Positions 1 to 8,686 of a DNA stretch of 10,517 nucleotides are shown here, piece by piece (the first letter of the stretch is position 1; each line of letters starts with the position of its first letter). The notes beneath the pieces are model-generated. The model was given only the letters and a program-made list of their open reading frames with translations, did no database searches and was not told the DNA's origin. This stretch comes from Zygnema circumcarinatum SAG 698-1b (taxonomy: Eukaryota > Plantae > Zygnematophyceae), in contig JBBHKD010000077.1 in assembly GCA_037447605.1 (NCBI GenBank), positions 1 through 10,517 of the forward strand. Reading direction: 5' to 3'. Both the position numbers and the translations under genes were made by a program.

Positions 1-453
1 GTTCCAGTTACGTATTGCTGGAAGCGGAAGATTCGCTTCGGACGGACAACGAAGCTTTCGGATGGGCTGGCCCGGGCCCCATGCAGGGCGACCCGACCGT
101 CGGCCCGGCTGCGGGTAGGTGAAGGGCGCAATGCTGGGCTGTTGAGCGTGCACAGGCTGGCTGAAGCATGAGGGCGGCCGTGACGTGACATCGGTCAACA
201 AGGAAGATGTCCGCGTAACGACCATGGCGGTATATAGGGTTTTAAACATTTTGTAGGATAACCATTTAGACTTCACTTGTATACGCGTGACTTACTCACA
301 GTACTTTTGCTGTAGGTATTCTTTGGGCTGCCACTTGTGTCGCAAGGTAGTGGTAGGGGAGAAGTAGCTAGTGAGAGGAGAGCTTCATGTAGGGTGACAT
401 TCATTATAAAAGGTTTTAGAAGCGTGAGCTTTTCTCTACACTTTCTAGTGTGT

Positions 454-623
454 GATTTCCTTTGTGCTCCATCTCTGTGTTCATTACGTGAGTTATGGGC
501 TATGAGTGAAGTGAGATAGAGTGAGAGAAAGAGTAGAAAGATGTCTTCATAGGTGGGAGCAGGAGTTCCAATGGAGGCGGCAGGTGGCGCGAGGGGGCGG
601 CGGAAGCAGACCCGGCTCCAACA
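454..623 (+). mobile_element. 3' end of an LTR, related to the nested LTR element at 7165-7549; left boundary not determinable and probably extends towards or past position 1
   Basis: Collinear similarity to 7382-7549: GTTATGGGC(T/G)ATGAGTGAAGT(G/A)AGATAGAG, ATGTCTTCAT, GTGGGA, AGTTCCAATGGAGG, AGGTGGCGC, AGCAGACCC; both end in CAACA (623 and 7549). No PBS follows 623, so it is a 3' or solo LTR. TATAAAA at 405-411 lies upstream. Confidence 0.65.
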
Positions 624-940
624 CTAAAGCGCAAGAATTCTCTTACATGATGGGTGCACAGGCCCTCTTCAAAGTCAGAAGGCCTTGGGTGAAAGCCTTG
701 AAGCTTTGAATCACGAGAGCACATCGCGCCCAGGGAGGGAGGTCATCCTCACGGACCTCCTCCTCCCAACTCCGAGCGTCACGCCTGCCGGCTGGCGGGT
801 GGCAGCAACCCCGTGACCTTCACAGCGCTGCCACCCTCAATGCCACACGGCCGCCCGAGGGTTCAAGGACTATGCCTCTGCGCGGCAGCAGGAGGGGGAG
901 CTGTTTCAGGGCACTGAAGGGGAGGAGACGGGGAAGGCAC

Positions 941-964
941 AAAAAAAAAAAAAAAACAAAAAAA
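941..964. repeat. poly(A) tract (A16-C-A7)
   Basis: Read directly from the sequence. Confidence 0.95.
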
Positions 965-1320
965 CGCACAGATTGCAGAAGCCCTGAAGTTGGCTTGGTG
1001 GGGGGAATTGTCGTGGCCATTGATTCGGGAGTCTGTCGAAGACCTCCTTCCATGCATGCAGGTTGCTGGGGTCCGAGAAATATTGTATGTAAAATTTGCG
1101 GAAGTTATTCTTGAACGAACCTAAGTTCTTTGCCGAATGTGGCTCGAGATTTATGATGCTTAGCTTGGCACAGGCAGGCATATACTACTTAAGGGTTGCG
1201 CATTACGATTCATGACAAAAGCGGCGAAAAGCCCGAATGTTTCTGTATGGTAGGCAGAACCGAGAGCTAGTAAGAGTTTCGCCGTTGATGCCTTTCTCAT
1301 GCACTGCCCTTCCTCCAACC

Positions 1321-1351
<31 letters not shown>

Positions 1352-1393
1352 CCTCCCTCTCCCTCTCCCTCTCCCTCTCCCTCTCCCTCTCCC
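1321..1393. repeat. compound CT microsatellite, (CT)n grading into (CTCCCT)n
   Basis: Read directly; explains the low-complexity ER/GR/LS/LP ORFs in the ORF track. Confidence 0.95.
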
Positions 1394-2318
1394 GCTTCTG
1401 TACTCCACATCTCCTCCCGACTCGCGTATTTGTTTCGGAGAGAGTCGCATCCGCTTGCATCTGTCGGGTATTCGCCATCACTCAAAAATTTAATAATCTC
1501 CCTCGAGGAAGCTAAAGATGGACGGACTTTAACGAGTGAGGCACATTGATGAGGACCAAGTCCTTTCAGTCGAACAGAATTAGGTTAAACCGACACTTTA
1601 GGGTGAAGGGCTTTTAAGGAGAATTTTGCGTAATCTTGGGCGCTTAGGAGACGCCGGAAGGATATGGATTAGGGATTGCAGGGTTCAGGAGGTTTATGGC
1701 TCGAGAGCAGGAAAGGACTCAGACAACACTCATGAAATAAATTTAATGTTTCATTGAAAGTGCAAGAGGAAGTGAAACTGAACTGAATCAGGACTGCAAG
1801 TGAAACTGAATCTGACTGACAATTTTTGATCCAGTAAGGAAAGAGATAGAAAGCGATGCAATTACCCACAAATATTTTTTTATTTTTTTTACAGAGCAGT
1901 CGACCATTTGTCTCTTTGTAAAGTAAACACCGCGCTCGACAACCTTGATAAAGTCACGATCCTCGAAGCGCTGACCTTCCCTCACCTCCTCCCACTACGA
2001 CTAAGTCTTGGCCTGGCTAGCGGGCAAAGCCCAACATTCAATTATATTTACAAATAAACAATGGTAAAATTCCTTGTGACTCTATCAAGGTCTGCCCCTA
2101 CAGGGACTTCACATTCAGCGACGATAAAAACCCTCACACTTTCTTTAAGCCTTCCCTAAAACACAATATGAATATTCCACCTCCAAAAGGGCTTATCGAC
2201 CAACGCCGGAGTGGACTCCGCCTTCAAGTGGCCTTGACCCGCCGCCCTCTGCATATAATCAATCACACTTTCCACGTTTTTCGTCACGCCTCGTTCGTCC
2301 AAAAAGCACACTCCCACG

Positions 2319-3330
2319 TTAAACTGAGCGTCCTTGATCTTCTGTCCCCACTGTTAGTCTCCGCAACATATTTGCAGCCTCAGCATGGGATTGGTCGGCC
2401 GCTTTTATGAGCATTCTCACCGCTCGTACCATGTCCTTTTGAATGATTCCGTTCCCGTCCGCGAAAATCACGCCCAACAGAAACTGTGCGTCGTCATCTC
2501 CTTGATCCGCCGCCTTTTGAAACAACTCTACAGCGCGATTCATGTCTCTTGTAACAAAACTACCGGTCATGTACAGCATCCCTAAACAACCCTGGGCATT
2601 AGAATCACCATTCTCTGCAGCGAGCGCATGAGGATGCTGAACAAGCCGTTCCATGTCCTTTTGAAAAATTGCACCTCCTTGATCTGCTGCCTTTTGAAAC
2701 AGCTCTACAGCGCGATTCATGTCCCATATAACACCCTTACCGGTCATGTACAGCATCGCTAGATTGATATGAGCCCTAAGATGGCCATTCTCTGCAGCGC
2801 GCCTATAAAACTGAACGGCCTGTTCCATGTCTTTGGGGACTCCTTCTCCATTCGCGTAGCACACGCCTAAATTGTGCTCGGCCTGAGGACTGCCATTCTC
2901 AAGTAGCCGGGCTCTTATAAAACTCAAACGCCTCGCTCCATGTCTTTTGGGGACCTTTCTTTCTCCATTCAAGCAGAAGACTAACCTAAATCAGACTGGC
3001 CGCAGATGCCATTCTCCTTCAAGTAGTCATGCCTATAAAACCGGAATCGCCCGCTCCATGTCTTTTGGGGACTCTTCTCCATTCTCCAAGGTAGGCACAC
3101 TTAAATTGTACTGGCCTCGGTGGATCGCTATTCTCAAGTAGCCACTTACAAAACCTAACGGCTCGCTCCATGTCTTTTGGGGACTCTTCCATTCGCGTAG
3201 CACCAACCTAAATTGCACTGGGCATCACGATCGCCATTCTCTGCAGCGCGCCTATAAAACTGAACGGCCTGTTCCATGTCTTTGGGGACTCCTTCTCCAT
3301 TCGCGTAGCACCAACCTAAATTGCACTGGG
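2319..3330 (-). pseudogene. Sel1-like repeat (SLR) protein gene, 8 full repeats plus 1 partial, interrupted at its 5' side by the retrotransposon; three middle repeats frameshifted
   Basis: 108-bp (36-aa) units matching the Sel1 consensus, e.g. AQCNLGWCYANGEGVPKDMEQAVQFYRRAAENG (3224-3330), AEHNLGVCYANGEGVPKDMEQAVQFYRRAAENG, AQGCLGMLYMTGSFVTRDMNRAVELFQKAADQG. Open frame from about 2882 to the stop at 2319; indels in 2883-3223; no start codon before the LTR junction. Confidence 0.9.
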
Positions 3331-3505
3331 TGTCACGACTGAAATCTAGCCCCTTCAGCCGTGCGCGGAATTACACTTCAGAGTTCAGCAAAGAGAGGGA
3401 GAGAGAGAGAGAGAGCGCTTTAGAGTGGGGAGCAGCCCGAGAAGGGCGTGCAACCGTATGCCGGTATGTTGGTTGGGTGGCGACAGTCACCCACGCCCCT
3501 TTACA
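3331..3505 (-). repeat. 3' LTR (175 bp, TGT...ACA), contains a (GA)n tract at about 3392-3415
   Basis: Starts TGTCACG and ends TTTACA on the + strand; direct repeat of 10228-10402 at offset 6897 with 5 mismatches (3381, 3421, 3480, 3501, 3505); PPT abuts. The left edge is firm; the right edge is the best-supported reading. Confidence 0.8.
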
Positions 3506-3513
3506 CTTCCCCC
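3506..3513 (-). promoter_or_regulatory. polypurine tract (GGGGGAAG) priming plus-strand synthesis
   Basis: Minus strand reads GGAGGTTCAACGGGGGAAG|TGTAAAG, a purine run directly abutting the LTR-initial TG. Confidence 0.7.
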
Positions 3514-3921
3514 GTTGAACCTCCTACCAGCATGGAGAGTTAGGCGAACATCCGTAACAGCGCCCGCGTGTCCCTCGACTGCATGGAGTGAGAGGTGGCC
3601 ACAGCGTCACGAATGCACTACCGCCCCGCATTATTCCCGCTGGCCTTGTATGCGCCCAACAGCAGCGCCGCCATGCGTCGGTGCAGTGAGCCTACAGCAG
3701 CAGCCTTGAGCCCAGCAAGCAGTCTGTCGTACCATCGGTGGCAGTTAGCGCGTCTGGATGGGGCCCGGTGGTAAAGGGGATCCGGGCGGTGGCCGGGATC
3801 AACTCGGCGGAGGACGGTTGGTCCGTGGTGCTTGGGTCAGCCCGTGGTGATCCTCCTCTGCAGTGAGAGAGGAGGGACGCTAACGCGGCGTGGGGCCCAT
3901 AGAATTATGTGGCGGCCCCAC

Positions 3922-4008
3922 TGGTGAACCAGTGCTTAAGGTTCGAACCTAGGACCTCCGTCGTCCTATAGGGTATCCGATGCTCTAACCGTTAGATGCT
4001 TGCATTGG
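3922..4008 (-). other. degenerate tRNA-like sequence with Pol III A-box-like and B-box motifs in the retroelement 3'UTR
   Basis: Minus strand: CCAATGC AA GCATCTAACGGTTAGAGC A TCGGATACCCTATAGGACGA CGGAGGTC CTAGG TTCGAAC CTTAA GCACTGG TTCACCA. Acceptor stem 6/7 pairs, T stem 4/5, GGTTCGAACC B box at 3940-3949; anticodon arm is aberrant. Confidence 0.55.
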
Positions 4009-4164
4009 ATGAAACATAAAACCCGCGCCCGGGGCTCTAAGCCAACCCTTCCCCTTGGGGTGGCTGTAGCGTTTACTTCACGGTACTCCCTGTGAGAATG
4101 TGAGCATACCGTTCGTGTGTGGCGAGTAGTAAAGCGGCTACGTAGTTTCCGCGGCAGTAGAACT

Positions 4165-4521
4165 CTACGTGATAACGAGGAGGCTGGCGATAATCCCGGT
4201 CAAGTCCCTTTCCGAGTTGCGCGTGGACGGCCCAGGAACCCCCCGTGCCGCCCTCGCCCGCTCTCCTGCGGCTTGCGCCTCCCAGTACAAGTTGATGAGC
4301 TCCTGGCAATTGGTTAAGTTGCCCTCGGCTTCCCATGTGCTATGTTCAGCCCCATAGCCCAACCACTTCACGAGGTATTCGTGACGGGAAGATCGACCCT
4401 TTCTCACAAGACGGTGGGCTTGAATGGTTTCAACTTCATACTCAAGTTCACCTTCAAGTTCCACTGGTGGGGAGGTGGTTGGATCCTCCCGCTCCTTCTG
4501 ACCAGACTGGCGAGCCCGCAT
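4165..4521 (-). CDS. pol: pol C-terminus with chromodomain (about 4282-4440)
   Basis: YEVETIQAHR...EYLVKWLGYGAEHSTWEAEGNLTNCQELINLYW; the aromatic-cage residues Y, W and Y are all present. Confidence 0.93.
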   Translation of the reverse strand: MRARQSGQKEREDPTTSPPVELEGELEYEVETIQAHRLVRKGRSSRHEYLVKWLGYGAEHSTWEAEGNLTNCQELINLYWEAQAAGERARAARGVPGPSTRNSERDLTGIIASLLVIT

Positions 4522-5696
4522 GAGCCGGGATGCGCTGGCAGGATGTGGCTAACATGCTTGACATGGAAGTGATTAAGCCGCGACCATAAAAGGTCCCGAT
4601 GAAGCGGGGCGCTTTTACGTGTTCGCCGTAAGAGCACTTTGAGTCTGCAAGTTGGCCCGTGCTTAGCAACACCTCATAGCCGTTTGTGAAGGTGAGTTGA
4701 ATAAGTGGCGGTCGGCATAGGCCTTTTATGTGGCCCGGAGCGCTACTTGAGGCCTACATGCCTCTGCGGCACACTGCGAGCATTAGCGGACAAAAATCCT
4801 TCGCAGGAAGGGTAAAATCCCGTAAATTACAAAGCTTCCCAGAATCCCGAGGGGTTACGCCGACGCCCATTCCACGGGTCGAGGGCTGATCTCCTGCACT
4901 TGGATTTAGAGGATTTAGAGGATCTTTGCCCAAAGTTGGGAAGAAAGAGGGTGGTACCGATGGACTGGTAAGCATTATTATTGATGGCATACTCGGCCAA
5001 GGCAGGACGTTCCAGTGCATGGGGTGCGAGGAGGTAGTCTCACGGGGATCACATTCACCCGTTCACGGCACGTCGGTTTGAGTGAGAGAACATTACTCAA
5101 CGCGCTTGATTACCACGATTTTGAGCACTTCGTCCAAAATGGCGATTGAATCGTGGATCCGCGATCCGAACACAATCTCGGCTGAGAGACCATCGCTGGC
5201 TCCATACTTTGTCAACATACAACCGTGCAATCTCGTCGGCCCCAGCGGTCTTAGTAGTTGGTGCAAAATGCACCATCTTGCTGAGCCGATCGACAAAGAC
5301 GAGGATGGAGTCATGCCCCCGAGATGTCACAGGAAGATCTGTGATCAAGTCCATGCCCACACTATCCCATTTCCGAAAAGGGGGTGTGAGGGGTTGCAGC
5401 TGGCCAGGGATCCTGCCAGTGCGGGGTTTGTTTCGTTGACAAGTTGGACAAGCGAGTACATACGCCTTTACATCCCTCGAGAGTCCAGGCCACCAGAACT
5501 CTCGGAGCAGTGCCTCACGGGTCTTGGCAACTCCCATGTGACCTCGGTACGGAGGATCATGTAGCTCACCCAGAATGAGCTGCCGTACAGTCCCGGCCTT
5601 GGGCACGACCAACTGCTGGCCGTGGTACCAGAATCCGTCCTTAGACACCACTTTGTCCTTATAGCCATTACCTTGGCCATCCGGGAACAAGATCAC
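4522..5696 (-). pseudogene. pol: integrase (HHCC zinc finger, DDE core, GPF/GPY-like module), multiple frameshifts
   Basis: ELHDPPYRGHMG...ACPTCQRNK (HHCC); GMDLITDLP...DSILVFVDRLSKMVHF; frameshifted fragments EIVSDRDPRF, AEYAINN and APRFIG. Confidence 0.9.
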
Positions 5697-5919
5697 CAGC
5701 CTTACCCCTCCCTGAATATTTATGCGAGATCCCGAGAAGCGGGGAGGGTTGGCTTCGCGTCGCAGTGGAGGATCTATGACAAAAACACTCTCTTGGAGAG
5801 CGGAGACTTTCCAGGGGTTGGCGGCCCACCGTCATCTCACGTTTCACACCAACGCGAGGTAAACCCGGCGCACCATCCGGGGGCAGGTGCGTTGTCCTGC
5901 GGTGGGTCTGCCCCGAACT

Positions 5920-6300
5920 AAGCCAGGGCGGTAAACTACTTGTGATCAAACCTTTGGAGGAACTTCGAACGGCGTGCACACCCACACGCCTAGGCGAGGA
6001 ATACGATTGGTGAAGGAACATCGGCGAAGCTGATGATGCATTGACCAGCGTGACGCTTTCGCCCCTCTAAATAACGCCATGTCCTGCGGGGCGTGGACCC
6101 TTGCCAGCACGATTCTGATTACATTCTTGAGAATAGTTGGCGCTTCGGCGGGATTCATTTTCTGCGCGACTTTCATACGCCAAAAGGTTGGCCATCTTGA
6201 AGCAGAAGAAGAGCGACACCGGCGAATCCCAGCATCACAAAAACCACTTCATAAGGCTTGAATTAGCAAGGTCGCTAAGCAGTGAGTGCGTGGCACAAGT
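5920..6300 (-). pseudogene. pol: RNase H domain, dense small indels
   Basis: Manual frame-hopping recovers approximately PYEVVCDASGFGVGALLLQDGQPLAYESRKMNPAERNY, WRxYLEG and RRQARW..FLQRFD; boundaries approximate. Confidence 0.8.
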
Positions 6301-6431
6301 GCATGGCGCACACCTTGCGAATCGTCCACGGCATTGAGGGGGTCATATAAAGGGACACGGAACGTGCAATCCAGAGGTAGTCAGGGGTAACAGTTTACTA
6401 AACCCTTGGATGAACTTACGAAAATAATTAC

Positions 6432-7164
6432 TTAAAGCCCAGAAAGACCTCCAAGCTGATGCAAAATTCGGTCGGTGGCGTAAGTTTCTACGAAACTTTG
6501 CGGGGATGAGGCGAGAAAGGCCTGATCATTCAAGATATGCCCAAGATAGAGCAACTCGCGTTGCATGAAGTGACACTTTTTTCTCTTGGCATGAAACTGG
6601 TGTTTCCTCAGGGTCTCAAACACTTTCCGAACGTGTTCAAGATGGTCCTCCTCCGTCTTACTGAAGACAAGGATATCGTCGAGGTAAACCAAAACAAATT
6701 CGTCCATGCCGATGAACAACTCGTTCATGACAGCCTGGAAAGTTGCCGGAGCATTAGTCAATCCAAAGGGCAACACCTTATATTGGAAATGACCAATCGG
6801 TGTCCGGAACGCAGTTTTTGGCACATCAGCGTCCGTAACACGAATCTGATGGTACCCCTGAGCAAGATCAAGTGACGTGAACACTTTGGCGCCGTGAAGA
6901 CGATCCAACAGATCGTCGATACGTGGTAAAGCAAATCGATTCTTTACAGTGATCTTGTTGAGTGCGCGATAATCAATGCACATCCTCAACGAACCATCTT
7001 TCTTCCCAACGAACAAGATGGGCGCCCCAAAGGGGCTCTGACTGGGTTCTATCCAGCCCTTGTCACGTAAAGTTGCCAATTGCTTTCGCATCTCCTCGGT
7101 TTCCTTCGGGCTTAACCGATAGATCGGCCGCCAAGGCGGCTTTTGCTCAGGCTCAAGAGGGATT
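6432..7164 (-). CDS. pol: reverse transcriptase domain
   Basis: ORF 6432-7091: GSLRMCIDYRALNK, LDLAQGYHQI, KTAFRT, LPFGLTNAPATFQ, YLDD (6675-6686). Preceded by PLEP..KPPWRPIYRLSPKETEE up to the insertion at 7164; garbled after YLGHI. Confidence 0.96.
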
Positions 7165-7549
7165 TGTTAGTGTTAGTGTATGATAGTTAGACATTGTATG
7201 GCACACACTAACTTGTTGTGGTACTCAGTTTGTAGAACATGAGATCTGCTAGGCGTAGTGCTCTTAGATCTAGTAATGTCGGTGCTCTGACTTTGGTGAG
7301 TGCGCCGCGAGTGCGCGGAGTACGAACGAGCGGCGCTGATTGGTCGTGGCGGTGACACAAGTAAGTGGAGTNNNNNNNNNNGATTTCCGCTGTGCTTGTC
7401 TTGTAGCTTCATTCTGTTGTTATGGGCGATGAGTGAAGTAAGATAGAGCTTTGAGTGTTTGAATGTCTTCATCCGTGGGAACTCAAGTTCCAATGGAGGG
7501 CGACACCCGAGGTGGCGCCGGAAGTGGGGAGCAGACCCCTGCTTCAACA
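7165..7549 (+). mobile_element. nested LTR element (solo LTR or gap-collapsed full element) inserted in pol
   Basis: Termini TGTTAG...TCAACA flanked by the 5-bp duplication GGATT (7160-7164 and 7550-7554); removing it restores pol GHTI|PLEP. Strand is inferred from the related copy lying downstream of a TATA box. Confidence 0.88.
7372..7381. other. assembly gap (10 N)
   Basis: Ns in the sequence; true length unknown. Confidence 0.99.
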
Positions 7550-7554
7550 GGATT

Positions 7555-8190
7555 GTGTGCCCCACCCCTCTCGATGGCGGCAACCCTCTTGGAAGGTCGT
7601 CAGGGAAGACATCCCTGAACTCATCCAACAGAGGTTGGATTTGAGACGGAACAGCCGGGAGCACATCCGTAGATGTGACCTGCCATTCTTGATCCTCGTC
7701 ATGAACATCCTCAGTGGCTGCCATGACATGCACCATGAACAGGGTGCAACCCTCCTTAACTGCCTTGGCTAATTGCATAGCCGAGCAGAGATAAGGAGTA
7801 TCAACCTGCGCTAACGCAGTGGATGTGGTTTTGCCAGGGTGTAGGGTGATGCGCCTATCCCCACTGTGCAGAATACAGTGTGGGATTGAAAAGTCCAATT
7901 GGGCTTTGACCATGGTTAACCAAGCACTCCCCAAAATAACATCCGTTCCAGAGGCCAGTTGTGTCAGAAGGCACTTCACTGCCCCGGAGTAGGATTGGAG
8001 CTTGATCTTGAGTGTGGCGCTACCGAATCGCGGCGCTTGCGTCCATCTTAAAGTAACGCTACGAAGATGAGGATCGATGGTCAACCCATCTCTGGTGAAT
8101 ACGGGGAACTAACAAGTTAGCGTACGCCCGGTGTCCGCATTATCGCTGGCGGGTGAAAGTGGCTGACCACGATTGAAGGTCATTGCGATG
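7555..8190 (-). pseudogene. pol: aspartic protease and PR-RT linker, frameshifted near the active site
   Basis: GAC ACC GGG (DTG) at 8127-8135 in an AIxDTGAYAN-like context, DVILGSAWL, then EFRDVFPDDLPRGLPPSRGVGHTI. Confidence 0.85.
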
Positions 8191-8686
8191 GGCAAGATGG
8201 AGCGAGGATAGCACTATATGCGAGGGTGAGGGCGAGCATTCTCTACGCCAAGGTAAGGATCCCGCAGGTGGCGGTGGATCCTTCCATAGATGCGCACTAA
8301 CTTGTGCCCTTTTACCGACATTTCACCAACGCCGGTTGGCGTTGGGAAAAGATGTGACGCCAAGTCTTTGAGGAGCGGCACATGCGACCAAGGATGTGGG
8401 AAGTATCCGCAAGACAAGCAAGGCATCCATGGCACATCTCATCAAGACATGCATCCCCATAACATTGAGGTGAAACATGCCAGCGGCCCATCCAGCCATC
8501 CGCCAAACCTAGAGAGTCACCACGGTGGCAGGGGAAAAGGACATGGAATCAGGAAGCGCATGACACACAACGAGATCGTGCACCCCCAAAGGTCTGCCCA
8601 GCAAGTTAGGCATGTCCGTGGACCTAAGCCACAAAAGACCCTTAACATTGACGGCAACTGTCCTCCCATCCCCTAACCTGCTTACT

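Noticed and set aside
231-242. TATATA plus telo-box-like TAGGGTTT
   Set aside because: Single short motifs, common in plant LTRs and promoters; no telomeric array or linked gene.
820-964. Minus-strand poly(T)/pyrimidine tract ending in CAG at 914-916, like a splice acceptor
   Set aside because: No convincing open exon follows in any frame; may only be an A-tract remnant.
979-1124. Protein-looking + strand stretch (ALKLAWWGELSWPLIRESVEDLLPCMQV...)
   Set aside because: Short, no start codon or usable splice acceptor, no recognisable motif.
1160-1515. Several 60-96 aa ORFs on both strands
   Set aside because: Artefacts of the stop-free CT/GA microsatellite.
1770-1810. 13-bp direct repeat AAGTGAAACTGAA, two copies 28 bp apart
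   Set aside because: Only two copies, low complexity; not CRISPR-like.
2319-3330. Regularly spaced ~108-bp repeats as a CRISPR or satellite array
   Set aside because: Period equals 36 codons and the units translate to Sel1 repeats.
5082-5564. 160-aa + strand ORF and other antisense ORFs over gag/pol
   Set aside because: Shadow ORFs of GC-rich coding sequence with no recognisable motifs.
7173-7549. C-terminal part of the 303-aa ORF (LLKQGSAPHFRRHLGCRPPLELE...) as pol or a second chimeric pol
   Set aside because: The TSD shows this is the antisense of the nested LTR; the pol-like look is coincidental and the ORF crosses Ns.
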